Shown: positions 10,517 through 20,601 of the stretch, in pieces
Layout: each line of letters starts with the position of its first letter
How positions within the stretch are numbered: the stretch's first letter is position 1
From: Candidatus Spongiisociaceae bacterium
GTDB lineage: Bacteria; Actinomycetota; Acidimicrobiia; Spongiisociales; Spongiisociaceae
NCBI GenBank assembly: GCA_965262915.1
Contig: OZ253564.1
Coordinates: forward strand, 1,632,001-1,696,000
Direction of reading: 5' to 3'
Length of the DNA stretch: 64,000 bases
Notes under the pieces: model-generated
Seen by the model: the letters and a program-made list of their open reading frames with translations, nothing else
Database searches by the model: none
Told to the model about the DNA's origin: nothing
Position numbers and translations under genes: made by a program

Positions 10517-10656
10517 AGCGTCTCCGTAACCGTGTGTAGTGATCGGAAGACCGGTCAAATCCATCTTCTAATCAATACCAGATTAGTACATAAGCCTGGA
10601 TTGGCTAGGCGTTTGCCCTGGCCGTTAGGGGGACCGGATGGTTTGGCGACGCCTCT

Positions 10657-10768
10657 CGTTGCGTTCCGCCTCCTCGATGTACCGCTGGGAGTACGCCTTC
10701 GTCGGCGGGCCTTGCAAGGAACGCCGCTGCCGGCGCATGCCACGCCGCCATTTCACGGACAGACCACT
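10657..10768 (+). repeat. MITE-like family A right portion
   Basis: GTTGCGTTCCGCCTCCTCG...GGGCCTTGCAAGGAAC...CAGACCACT matches 25350-25462. Confidence 0.7.
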
Positions 10769-10808
10769 GGCTAGGATCGGCCGCGCCTGCGACTGAAAGG
10801 CGGTTCCG

Positions 10809-12077
10809 ATGGAGATGACCGAGCGTTCGCCCGAGTTCCCGGTTGCCACCACTCCGGCTCCAGGTGTCATGGGGGTGGACTGGGAGCAGCGGGTCGACTT
10901 CGACCGGCTGCGCAGGTACCGGCTGGCGCGGGCCCGCCAAGCCCTCGAGGAGTCGGACCTCGGAGCGCTTCTCGTGTTTGACACCGCCAACATCCGCTAC
11001 CTGACCGCCACCCACATCGGGTACTGGGCCTTCAACAAGATGGAACGGTGGGCGCTGCTGACCCGGACCGGCGAGCCGTGGATCTGGGATTTCGGTTCGG
11101 CGGCGCGGGTCCACAAGCTGCAGGCGCCCTGGCTGGTCCCCGAACAGTCGGTGGGAGGAAACACCGGACTGGCAGGATCGATCGGTCCGGAGTCGGGTCT
11201 GGTGGCCAAGGCCGTTCGGGAGATACGGGACGTGCTCCACGACGAGGGTGTGGCCGGCATGCCCGTCGGGGTCGACATGGCGGAGACGGAGATGTATCTC
11301 GAGCTGGCGCGGGCGGGGATCGAGGTGCGGAACGGGCAGCAGACCATGCTGGCGGCCCGTGAGATCAAGAGTCAGGACGAAATAATCCTCCTGACCCAGG
11401 CGTCGGCGATGGTCGACGGTGTCTACCAGGACATCTTCGAGGCCCTCAAGCCCGGTGTGCGGGAGTCGGACATAGTCGCCCTGGCCAACAAGCGGCTCTA
11501 CGAGATGGGTTCCGAGCACGTGGAGGCCGTCAACTCCATTGCCGGGGAGCGGTGCAGCCCGCACCCGCATGTGTTCTCCGACCGTCTCATCCGGCCGGGT
11601 GACACTGCCTACTTCGACATCATCCAGGCCCACAACGGCTACCGCACCTGCTACTACCGCACGTTCGGGGTGGGTCGGGCGACGCAGGCGCAGCGCGATG
11701 CCTACAAGAAGGCTCGCGAGTGGATCGACGCCGCCATCGCCCTGGTCAAGCCGGGGACCACCACCGACGAGATCGCTCTGGTATGGCCGGAAGCCGAGGA
11801 GTTCGGTTTTCCCGACGAGATGGAGGCCTTCGGGCTCCAGTTCGGGCACGGGGTCGGCTTGGCGGTCCACGAGCGGCCGGTTATCAGCCGCCTCAATTCC
11901 ATCGACACGCCGATCGAGTTGAAAGAAGGTATGTTCTTCGCGCTGGAGACCTTCTGCCCGGCGGCCGACGGCCGGTCCGCCGCCAGGATCGAGGAACAAG
12001 TCGTCTGTACGGCGGAGGGCCCCAAGGTCGTGACCCTGTTCCCCGCCGAGGAACTGATGGTGGCCAATGAGTATTGA
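10809..12077 (+). CDS. M24 family (Xaa-Pro peptidase/creatinase-like) protein
   Basis: REIKS.DEI, FDII, GHGVGLAVHERP, FALET, ARIEE motifs. Confidence 0.85.
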   Translation: MEMTERSPEFPVATTPAPGVMGVDWEQRVDFDRLRRYRLARARQALEESDLGALLVFDTANIRYLTATHIGYWAFNKMERWALLTRTGEPWIWDFGSAARVHKLQAPWLVPEQSVGGNTGLAGSIGPESGLVAKAVREIRDVLHDEGVAGMPVGVDMAETEMYLELARAGIEVRNGQQTMLAAREIKSQDEIILLTQASAMVDGVYQDIFEALKPGVRESDIVALANKRLYEMGSEHVEAVNSIAGERCSPHPHVFSDRLIRPGDTAYFDIIQAHNGYRTCYYRTFGVGRATQAQRDAYKKAREWIDAAIALVKPGTTTDEIALVWPEAEEFGFPDEMEAFGLQFGHGVGLAVHERPVISRLNSIDTPIELKEGMFFALETFCPAADGRSAARIEEQVVCTAEGPKVVTLFPAEELMVANEY

Positions 12078-13080
12078 TATGGACGACACGATGCATGCGG
12101 TACCGGATACCGATACCCGGATCGGCATCTACCGGTTGATGCTCGAAGCACGCATCTTCGAGCAGTACGCCTACCAGATGTTTCTCGAGGGGCTGGTCAA
12201 GGGCACCTCTCACCTGGCCACCGGACAGGAGGCGATCGCAGCCGGATTCGCCGCCGCCATGCGTCCGGCCGACCTCACCTTCTGCACCTACCGCGGGCAC
12301 ATCCACACCCTGCTGAGGGGAACACCGCCCGGCCCGCTCATGGCGGAACTGCTCGGCCGGGCCACCGGCGTGTGCGGCGGGAAGGGAGGCTCCATGCACC
12401 TCACCTGGGCGGCGGCAGGCGCCATGGGTTCCTACGCCATTGTCGGAGCCCACCTTCCGATCGCCGCGGGAGCGGCCTGGGCAGCGATGGAGCGGGGTAG
12501 CGGGCAGGTGTCGGTCTGCTTCTTCGGTGACGGAGCTACCAACATCGGTGCGTTTCACGAAGCCCTCAACATGGCGGTCGTCTGGAACCTGCCGGTCGTG
12601 TTCGTCTGCGAGAACAACCAGTACATGGAGTACACACCTATCGGGTCGGTCACCGCCGTGGAGCGCCCGGCGGCCGATCGTGCCTCCGCGTACGGGCTCG
12701 AAGCGGTTCTGGCGGACGGCAACGATCCCGACGATATGTTCGGTATCGCCCGGAGCTCTCTCGAAAGGGCCAGGGCCGGGGGAGGCCCCAGCCTCATCGA
12801 AGCTCTCACCTACCGCCACGGCGGTCACTCCCGCGCCGATCCCGGCAAGTACCGCCCGGACGACGAGGTGGAGAGATGGAAGGCACGGGATCCGATCCCG
12901 ATGTACAGGGAGAGGCTGGCGTCTGCGGGATCATCGGAGCAGCAACTGTCGGGTATAGAGGAGTCGGTAGAGGCGGCCATGCGCGTAGCCGTCGAGGAGG
13001 CGAAGGCGGCGCCGGCGCCCTCCCTGGCTTCGATATCCACCGAGGTATGGGCGGATGGGGGTTCGCAGTGGCGGAACTGA
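12067..13080 (+). CDS. TPP-dependent dehydrogenase E1 alpha subunit (pyruvate/acetoin type)
   Basis: GQEA, TYRGH, GKGGSMH, FFGDGA...ENNQY, TYRHGGHS. Confidence 0.92.
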   Translation: MSIDMDDTMHAVPDTDTRIGIYRLMLEARIFEQYAYQMFLEGLVKGTSHLATGQEAIAAGFAAAMRPADLTFCTYRGHIHTLLRGTPPGPLMAELLGRATGVCGGKGGSMHLTWAAAGAMGSYAIVGAHLPIAAGAAWAAMERGSGQVSVCFFGDGATNIGAFHEALNMAVVWNLPVVFVCENNQYMEYTPIGSVTAVERPAADRASAYGLEAVLADGNDPDDMFGIARSSLERARAGGGPSLIEALTYRHGGHSRADPGKYRPDDEVERWKARDPIPMYRERLASAGSSEQQLSGIEESVEAAMRVAVEEAKAAPAPSLASISTEVWADGGSQWRN

Positions 13081-14045
13081 TGACCTATCGGGAGGCGGTC
13101 GCCTACGGCCTCGCCCAGGAGATGGAGCGGGACGAGACCGTCTACCTGATCGGCGAGGATGTGGCTGCCGCCGGTGGGGTCTTCAAGACCACACCCGGTC
13201 TCCTGGAACGTTTCGGACCCCGCCGGGTGCGGGACACCCCCATCTCGGAGGAGGCGATAATCGGCGCGGTGATGGGCGCGGCGATGAACGGCCTGCGTCC
13301 CGTGGCCGAGATAATGTTCTCCGACTTCCTGGCCACCTGCTGGGATCTTGTAGCCAACCAGATCGCCAAGATCCGCTACATGACGGACGGCCAGGTGGCC
13401 CTGCCGCTGGTCATCAGGACCGCGAACGGTGGCGGGGTGCGCTTCGGGGCCCAGCACTCGCAGAGCCTCGAGAACTGGGCGATGTCGGTACCCGGCCTCA
13501 AGGTCGTTGCCCCCTCGACCCCGCGCGATGTCGTCGAACTGATGGCCGCGTCGATCCGCGATCCCGATCCGGTGATCTTCTTCGAGCACAAAGCCCTGTT
13601 CGCCACCCGTGGGCCGATTCCGGATGGTGAGCTGGTCGGCGAGCTGGGCAAGGCAGCCGTCGTCCGCTCGGGATCGGACGCCACCATCCTGGCTCTGGCC
13701 GCCATGGTCCCGAAAGCGCTGGCCGCCGCGGAGGATCTGGCGGGACGCGGGATCGACGTTACCGTCGTGGACGTCCGCTGCCTGGTGCCCCTCGACACGC
13801 AGACGATCCTGGGCACGGTGGCCGAGACGGGGCGCGTCTACACGGTCGAGGAGAACCCGCGGTTGTGCGGATGGGGAGCGGAAGTGGTCTCGATAATCGC
13901 CGAGGAGGCTTTCTACGATCTGGACCAGCCGATCGTCCGGATCACCACCGACCACGTCCCGCTGCCGTCCGCCGATATCCTCGAAGACGCCGCCATCCCG
14001 TCGGCCGAGCGGATCGTGGCCACAGTGGAGAAGACGATCGAATGA
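13068..14045 (+). CDS. TPP-dependent dehydrogenase E1 beta subunit
   Basis: IGEDV, DTPISE, RPVAEIMFSDF, AQHSQSLE, PVIFFEHK. Confidence 0.92.
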   Translation: MAELMTYREAVAYGLAQEMERDETVYLIGEDVAAAGGVFKTTPGLLERFGPRRVRDTPISEEAIIGAVMGAAMNGLRPVAEIMFSDFLATCWDLVANQIAKIRYMTDGQVALPLVIRTANGGGVRFGAQHSQSLENWAMSVPGLKVVAPSTPRDVVELMAASIRDPDPVIFFEHKALFATRGPIPDGELVGELGKAAVVRSGSDATILALAAMVPKALAAAEDLAGRGIDVTVVDVRCLVPLDTQTILGTVAETGRVYTVEENPRLCGWGAEVVSIIAEEAFYDLDQPIVRITTDHVPLPSADILEDAAIPSAERIVATVEKTIE

Positions 14046-14412
14046 TGGCGGCAATCGGCAGGCGCCGGTGCATGGCGATTCCCGCACGGGTACTTGCGTA
14101 TCGGGGCCGCGAGTCGTCCTGTCGTCTCGCGAAAACCGTCACCGCCGGCTTGCTCGCCGGGCCCTCCCCCACCACCACCTTTCCTGGGACCGGAACGCGT
14201 TCCGTCCTACCTCTGATCGGGCGGCCCGGTTCCGAGAATCATGATCCCTCGTGGGGTCGAATGACGTCCGTTCGACACCGCTCGGATGTTTGGCATCCCC
14301 CACTATGCCGTACGGGTGTGACAACTTCAACCCCCTCGCGCGGTGGACTTCCCGGAAGTGCATACCGGACTAGCGCGGCGCACCCTTCCGAGCCGGATGC
14401 GGGGAGGATCCG

Positions 14413-15306
14413 ATGAGTGACTTCCGGGATGTGCGGGTGGGGTTTGTCGGCCTCGGGAGGATGGGGTACCCCATGGCGGCCAACATCGCCCGCGCCGGGT
14501 TTCCTCTGACCGTGTGGAACAGGACGGCTTCCAAGTCGGAGGCGCTGGCCGCGGAGACCGGAGCGGCGGTAGCGGCATCCCCGGCGGATCTGGCACGTGC
14601 GGTCGATGTCGTGATCACCATGGTGGCCGATGGTCGGGTCCTGACCGACCTCTACACAGGAGCCGGCGCGATCTGCGGATCCCTGTCGGCCGGGACCGTC
14701 TGCGTGGATATGAGCACCGTGAGTCCGGACGAGTCGCGACAGGTGGCGGCGGCGGTGGAATCCGCAGGGGGACGGTTCGTTGATGCGCCGGTCTCCGGTA
14801 GCACGGCGCCGGCCAGCGCCGGAACCCTGACCATCATGGCCGGGGGTCGGCCCGAGGACGTCGAGCCCCTGCGGCCGGTCTTCGAAGCGATGGGGTCTCG
14901 CCTCTACCACATGGGGCCGGTGGGCTCGGGAGCGACGATCAAGCTGGCGGTCAACTCGATCGTGTACGGCCTCGGGCAGGCGGTCGCGGAGGCCTTGGTG
15001 CTGGCAGAGGCAGCCGGCATCGGCCGGGAGACCGCGTACGAGGTCTTCGCCAACAGCGCCATTGCCGCCCCCTTCGTTCACTACCGCCAGGAAGCCTTCC
15101 TCAGACCGGGCGAGGTACCGGTGGCATTCAGGATGGTCCTGGCCAAGAAGGACCTCGACCTGGCGCTCGATCTGGCGCGGTCGGTGGGCGCCTCCATGCC
15201 GCAGGCCGGCCTCAACCGATCGGAACTGGTGGAGGCCATCGCGGCGGGCTTCGGCGACCACGATATGTCGGCGGTCGCCGAGCGCCTGCGGGCCGCCCTC
15301 ACCTGA
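14413..15306 (+). CDS. NAD(P)-dependent oxidoreductase, 3-hydroxyisobutyrate dehydrogenase family
   Basis: GFVGLGRMG, DAPVSG, KLAVN, KDLDLAL. Confidence 0.88.
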   Translation: MSDFRDVRVGFVGLGRMGYPMAANIARAGFPLTVWNRTASKSEALAAETGAAVAASPADLARAVDVVITMVADGRVLTDLYTGAGAICGSLSAGTVCVDMSTVSPDESRQVAAAVESAGGRFVDAPVSGSTAPASAGTLTIMAGGRPEDVEPLRPVFEAMGSRLYHMGPVGSGATIKLAVNSIVYGLGQAVAEALVLAEAAGIGRETAYEVFANSAIAAPFVHYRQEAFLRPGEVPVAFRMVLAKKDLDLALDLARSVGASMPQAGLNRSELVEAIAAGFGDHDMSAVAERLRAALT

Positions 15307-15451
15307 CGGCAGGAAGCGTTCGCCTGCTTGGACACGCGAAAACCGTTGACGTTAGGATTCACCGGGTTGTCTGGAGGAAAGGCGGCATCTGGCAACGTCG
15401 GAGGTGCCGCGGATGGATGACAGAGCAGGACTCGAGTGAAGGGACGGAAGA

Positions 15452-16504
15452 ATGATGAGAGGTAAGCAGAAGTGGGCCGTGCTCGTCGCGCTGCTGGCAC
15501 TGGCGCTCGTAGCGTCGAGTTGCGCCGGTGAGGACGATGACACCGCCGGGGGGACGATCGTTGCCTTCATCCCGACCACCACCAACACCTACATCGCCGA
15601 GTGGGGCCGCGGCGCTCAGGAGAGGGCGGCGGAACTGGGTTACAACCTGGTGATCATCGAGAACAACTTCGACCAGGCCGAACAGGACACCCAGGTACAG
15701 CAGCAGTTGGGCGCGGGCGATGATGACGTGGTGGCCTATGCTTGGTGGCCGTCGGACAACGAAGCCGGGGCGGCCTCCCTGCGGGCTCTCGCCGATACCG
15801 GTGTCCCGGTCATCCAGACCAACCAGTTGCCGTTCCCCGGATCCGAGAGGTACGTGGTCGGTTACGCGGGCGTGAACGACAAGCTCAACGGCGAGGTAGC
15901 TGCCAACCTGCTCATAGAGGCCCGGGATCACATGATCGCCAATGGGATGGAACTCCACGGCGCCGGCGGGCATGCCATCGTCATCGGCTTCGTGGCCGGT
16001 TACCAGGCCGGTATCGACCGCTCCGGTGCCGCGCTCCCGATTCTGGCCCGTCAGAATATCAGCGTGCTCGGCGAGGTCGATGTGGGCTTCGGTCCGGCCG
16101 AGGGGTACGACGGGACGAAGCAGTTGATTGCCGCCCATCGCAACGCCGGTATCGACCTGGTGTACGCCCACAACTCGGCTCTGGCCGAGGGCGTGATCCA
16201 GGCCTTGGAGGAAGAGGGCTATCACCCCGGTCAGGACGTGATGGTGGTGGGTGGTACCTGCCACGGCAACCTCGACCATCTGATCGACGGCTCGGAGTTC
16301 GCCACCGGTCTGCAGGCCGCCCGTCTCGAGGGTGTGTTCAGCATCAACACCCTCGACGAGTACCTCACTGAAGGCAGCCTGGCGAGCTTCAACAACTTCA
16401 TTCCCAACCCGCCGGTACACAGCCCGGCCTACACCCCCGGCAGCAACGAGATCGAGACCGTGATGGTCGAGGGCTTCGGCGTTGCCGACCTCTGCGTCTA
16501 CTAG
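15452..16504 (+). CDS. Sugar ABC transporter substrate-binding lipoprotein (Peripla_BP_4-like)
   Basis: Lipobox-like ASSC, VYAHNSALAEG, ABC operon context. Confidence 0.8.
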   Translation: MMRGKQKWAVLVALLALALVASSCAGEDDDTAGGTIVAFIPTTTNTYIAEWGRGAQERAAELGYNLVIIENNFDQAEQDTQVQQQLGAGDDDVVAYAWWPSDNEAGAASLRALADTGVPVIQTNQLPFPGSERYVVGYAGVNDKLNGEVAANLLIEARDHMIANGMELHGAGGHAIVIGFVAGYQAGIDRSGAALPILARQNISVLGEVDVGFGPAEGYDGTKQLIAAHRNAGIDLVYAHNSALAEGVIQALEEEGYHPGQDVMVVGGTCHGNLDHLIDGSEFATGLQAARLEGVFSINTLDEYLTEGSLASFNNFIPNPPVHSPAYTPGSNEIETVMVEGFGVADLCVY

Positions 16505-16645
16505 CCACTTCGGGATGGTGGGACGGCAGGTCATCGACCGCCGTCCCACCATCGACGACCACAAGACACACCGTGGGGGCCCGGAGCCACCGGATCGCTG
16601 CGAGGAACGAGTGTGCAGGAACGATGGCGTGATCGATAGCAGGAC

Positions 16646-17116
16646 ATGACGGCCACCAACCTGTTCCACGTGGGGGTGCTGGTGCCCGACCTCGCCGAGG
16701 CGACAGCGCGGTTCACCGAAGTGCTGGGTCTCACCTTCAAAGATCCGGCGGTCGCCCACGTCGATCGGTTCGAGCAGATGTCGCGGATGGAGCAACTCGA
16801 CCTCCGCATCACGTGGTCCGTGGAGGGTCCGCCTCACCTGGAATTACTCGAATCCCAGGACAACGACGGTCTGTACGGGCGGGCACGGGAGGGCCTGCAC
16901 CACATAGGCCTGTGGGAGCCGGACCCCGAAACCCTCATCGAGCGGTTGCTGGGTCTCGGACTGAAGAAGGAGGCCACCCAGTACATGCCGGACGACCGGA
17001 TCCTGGCCACCTACACCGAGCCGAACGAGTTGTACGGCACCCGCCTCGAGTTCATCGAAGCGGGCCGCCGTCCCGGTATGGAGGCCTGGCTGGCTGGGGA
17101 GGAATGGCTGGACTGA
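16646..17116 (+). CDS. VOC family protein
   Basis: FHVGVLVPDL, ELLE, GLHHIGLW, RLEFI. Confidence 0.8.
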   Translation: MTATNLFHVGVLVPDLAEATARFTEVLGLTFKDPAVAHVDRFEQMSRMEQLDLRITWSVEGPPHLELLESQDNDGLYGRAREGLHHIGLWEPDPETLIERLLGLGLKKEATQYMPDDRILATYTEPNELYGTRLEFIEAGRRPGMEAWLAGEEWLD

Positions 17117-17207
17117 GTGTCGGAGGTCAGTGGCTGTGGCCGGTGGCCGGTTGAGTTGCCACCGCTCCACCAAGGGGTGAAACCAGAGCCTTTGCTGATG
17201 GTCGGAG

Positions 17208-18116
17208 TTGAAAGGAGTCCCTATCACTCTCTCTGAATCCGCGCCACCGTTCGACCTCACGGCGGGCCATTTCACCATCGCCGGTTCACCGGTGGGCGCC
17301 GGTTACGGGACCGCGTCACCGTGGCCCTTCGAGGTCCGGGTGGAGGCGGCCGCCGCGGCGGGATACCGCTCGATCGGGATGGGCGAGGCGGACTACTCGG
17401 GAATGCGGGCTGCGGGCATCTCCGACGATGAACTACTGGGCATCCTCGACCGGCACGGGATCTGCGTGGCGGAGATCGAGTTCCTCTTCGATTGGATGCA
17501 CGACGACGAGGCGGCCGGGATCCCGGCCACCATCGCCGAGAACCTCTTCCACATGGCGGAGGTGTTCCGCCCCGATCACGTCAACATGGGGGACGTGAGG
17601 TTCCCGCCCGGCCGCCCGATGGACGTGGTAGCCGACCGTTTCGGCGCGGTGTGCGACCGGTTGGCGCCGTTCGGTGTCAAGGCGGCGATAGAGTTCATGC
17701 CGTGGACGTCGATCCCCGACCTCGACACGGCATGCGAGGTGATCGAACGCGCCGGTCGAGACAATGCCGGGATAGATCTCGACACGTGGCACTACTTCCG
17801 CGGCCCGTCCCACCTCGGTCAGCTGGCCGGGGTCGATCCTTCCCTCATCCTGGCCGTGGCTCTGAACGACGCCGGCCCCCCGCTGGACGACATGGTTCTT
17901 GATACCAGCCGGCATCGTCTCCTGCCGGGGGAGGGTACCTTCGACCTGGGGGGCTTCCTCGTTGCGCTGGCTGAGACCGGCGCCCGGCCCCTGATGGGAG
18001 TGGAGGTCCTCTCCGATCGCCAGACCGCCCTGCATCCCTCGGAGGCGGCCCGGCTGTCCTTCGAAGCCGCTACCGAGGTCCTGCTGCGGGCGGGTTGGCC
18101 GGGAGGGACCGCATGA
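17208..18116 (+). CDS. Sugar phosphate isomerase/epimerase (xylose-isomerase-like TIM barrel)
   Basis: AIEFMPW, LDTWHYFRG, RLLPGEG, GVEVLS. Confidence 0.82.
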   Translation: MKGVPITLSESAPPFDLTAGHFTIAGSPVGAGYGTASPWPFEVRVEAAAAAGYRSIGMGEADYSGMRAAGISDDELLGILDRHGICVAEIEFLFDWMHDDEAAGIPATIAENLFHMAEVFRPDHVNMGDVRFPPGRPMDVVADRFGAVCDRLAPFGVKAAIEFMPWTSIPDLDTACEVIERAGRDNAGIDLDTWHYFRGPSHLGQLAGVDPSLILAVALNDAGPPLDDMVLDTSRHRLLPGEGTFDLGGFLVALAETGARPLMGVEVLSDRQTALHPSEAARLSFEAATEVLLRAGWPGGTA

Positions 18117-19627
18117 CCATGGCCACCGGCGCCCCCCTCCTGCATCTGTACTCGGTCTCGAAGTCCTTCGGTTCGATCAGGGCGCTCGATCGGGTCGACT
18201 TCGAGGTGCGCTCCGGTGAGGTAATGGCTCTGGTAGGCGAGAACGGGGCCGGGAAGAGCACCCTCGTGAAGATCCTGGCCGGTATGTACACCCCCGACGA
18301 GGGGAGGATCAGCCTGGCGGGGGAAAATGTCGAGTTCAGCGGGGCCACCCGGTCGGAGCAGGCCGGCATCGCGGTGGTGCAACAGGAACTGTCGCTGGTC
18401 CCGACCCTCTCGGTCGCCGACAACATCTTCCTCGGTGATACCAGGCGAGGGTGGAGAGCCACCCCCCGCGCTCTCGCACAGGCCGCGGCGCCCTTCCTGG
18501 CCCAGGTCGGGCTGGGGGATCTCGACCCGCTGAGCCGGGTCGAGCGGCTCACCGTCGCCGAGCGCCAACTCATCGAGGTCGCCCGCCTCCTGGCGCGGGA
18601 CGCACGGGTCCTGATCTTCGACGAGCCCACCGCGGCGCTGGCCGACCGTGAGATCGAACGGGTGAAGGCTGTGGTGCGCGCCCTCCAGTACCAGGGTTGC
18701 TCCATCATCTACGTCACCCATCGGCTGGATGAGGTGTTCGAGTTGGCGGACCGGGTCACCGTATTCCGCGACGGGCGCTCGATCCCTCCCGTTGCCACCG
18801 CCGACATCACCCTCGACGAGTTGATCTCGATGATGCTCGGCGGAAGCCTGGTGGCTCTCTTCCCCGACCGGGGCGACGTGGCGGCCGGCGATGTGGTGCT
18901 CGAGGTGCGGGACCTCCTCACCGAGGCCCTTGCCGTCCCGGTGAACCTCGACGTGCGTGCGGGTGAGATCGTGGGACTGGCCGGGCAGCTCGGCAGCGGC
19001 GCCAGCGACACGCTCCGGGCCATCGCCGGCCACGAGCCGCGGGTGTCGGGCAGCGTCACGGTGGCCGGCCGCCCGGTCCCACCCGACTCGCCCGCAGCCG
19101 CTATCCGCAGCGGAATCGGCTACAGCTCGTCGGACCGGAAGCGGGACGGGATATTCCTCCAGCGGACCGTGGTCGAGAACCTGACCTCCCCGAGCCTCGG
19201 CCTCGTGTCCACCGGGGGCTGGTTGAGCAGGCGGGCCGAACGGGCCATGAGCGACCGGATCGCCCGGACGTTCACGATCGACCGGGCCCGGCTCGGGTCG
19301 TTGGCCGGCACGCTCAGCGGAGGGAACCAGCAGAAGGTGGCGGTGGGCAAGTGGACCGGATCGCGGCCCCCGGTGTTGCTGGTCGATGAGCCGACCCGGG
19401 GCGTGGACGTCGGCGCCCGGGCCGAGATCTACAGCCATCTCCGGTCCATCGCCGACGACGGCATGGCCATCGTCATCGCCACGTCCGACACCCAGGAGGT
19501 GCTAGGGATAGCGGACACCGTGGTCGCCTACTTCCGGGGCGCTCAGGTGAGCATGCGGGACCGGGACGGTACCAACTCGAGGCTTCTCACCCGTGAGATC
19601 ACCCATCCGCAGGAGGCCGGGTCGTGA
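18113..19627 (+). CDS. Sugar ABC transporter ATP-binding protein (RbsA-like, two NBDs)
   Basis: GENGAGKST, FDEPT, LSGGNQQK, DEPTRGVDVGA. Confidence 0.92.
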   Translation: MTMATGAPLLHLYSVSKSFGSIRALDRVDFEVRSGEVMALVGENGAGKSTLVKILAGMYTPDEGRISLAGENVEFSGATRSEQAGIAVVQQELSLVPTLSVADNIFLGDTRRGWRATPRALAQAAAPFLAQVGLGDLDPLSRVERLTVAERQLIEVARLLARDARVLIFDEPTAALADREIERVKAVVRALQYQGCSIIYVTHRLDEVFELADRVTVFRDGRSIPPVATADITLDELISMMLGGSLVALFPDRGDVAAGDVVLEVRDLLTEALAVPVNLDVRAGEIVGLAGQLGSGASDTLRAIAGHEPRVSGSVTVAGRPVPPDSPAAAIRSGIGYSSSDRKRDGIFLQRTVVENLTSPSLGLVSTGGWLSRRAERAMSDRIARTFTIDRARLGSLAGTLSGGNQQKVAVGKWTGSRPPVLLVDEPTRGVDVGARAEIYSHLRSIADDGMAIVIATSDTQEVLGIADTVVAYFRGAQVSMRDRDGTNSRLLTREITHPQEAGS

Positions 19628-20601
19628 CCGGCGGTGACGCCGCCCTCGACAGAGCCGGCGCCCCGCCCCGCTCGATGGTCGTCCCGCTGGCCGTGCTGGG
19701 TGCGGTGGTGACGCTGGGGGTGGTGGGATGGATCACCACACCCGAGTTCATCACCTACCGGAACTTCCAGAGCATTGTGCGGGCGGCGGCCCTCATCGGG
19801 ATTATCGCGGTGACGATGACCCTGATCACGATCGCCGGCAGCTTCTTCTCGCTGTCCGTCTCCCAGACTGCCGCCATGTCGGCGATTTCCTTCGCCGCCT
19901 TCCTGAGTTGGGGATGGCCGGTCTGGGTGGCGCTCGTCTCGGTGATACTGCTGGCCACGGCCGTCGGTGTGCTGCAGGGCGGTGCGGTCGCCCTCGGTGG
20001 CAACCCCATCGTGGTCACGCTGGCGGTGGGGGCGGTGATCTTCGGGATGGTGGCCTGGCTGACGGACAACAAGACGATGCGGACCGGCACCGACGCGGCC
20101 GAGTGGATAGGTAAGTCCCGCCCGCTGGAGATTCCCATTCAGACGTGGGCCTTCGTAGTGATCACCGCGGCGACCGCTATCGCGCTCACCCGGACCAGGT
20201 TCGGCCGTGAGGTGGCCCTCGTGGGCGCCAACCGTTTCGCGGCCATCACCGCCGGCCTCCGGCCCGGGCGCATCGCTGTCTACGTCTTTGTGGTGTCGTC
20301 GCTCGGTGCGGCCCTGGCCGGGATCTTCACCGCCGCTCAGTTCAGCCAGGGGCGCCTCGACTACTTCGACGGGGTCGACATCGACGCCATCGCCGCCATC
20401 CTGGTGGGTGGCGCCGCCATCCAGGGAGGGGAGGGCTCGGCCACCCGGACCGCGCTCGGGGCGGTCTTCATCGCCGCCCTCCAGAATCTGATGGTTCTGC
20501 GGGGGTTCAGCTTCGGGGTGAGGGTGTTCTTCGCCGGTCTGGCCATCCTCGTGAGCGTGAGTGCGTTCACCCTCATCCGCAACCGGAGGCGGCTGGCATG
20601 A
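19624..20601 (+). CDS. Sugar ABC transporter permease
   Basis: TRFGR..ALVGAN, IAAILVGG...GGEG. Confidence 0.85.
   Translation: MTGGDAALDRAGAPPRSMVVPLAVLGAVVTLGVVGWITTPEFITYRNFQSIVRAAALIGIIAVTMTLITIAGSFFSLSVSQTAAMSAISFAAFLSWGWPVWVALVSVILLATAVGVLQGGAVALGGNPIVVTLAVGAVIFGMVAWLTDNKTMRTGTDAAEWIGKSRPLEIPIQTWAFVVITAATAIALTRTRFGREVALVGANRFAAITAGLRPGRIAVYVFVVSSLGAALAGIFTAAQFSQGRLDYFDGVDIDAIAAILVGGAAIQGGEGSATRTALGAVFIAALQNLMVLRGFSFGVRVFFAGLAILVSVSAFTLIRNRRRLA

Noticed and set aside
10605-19438. Long antisense ORFs (10605-12128, 12825-14087, 15359-16837, 17819-19438)
   Set aside because: Shadow frames of high-GC genes with clear motifs on the opposite strand
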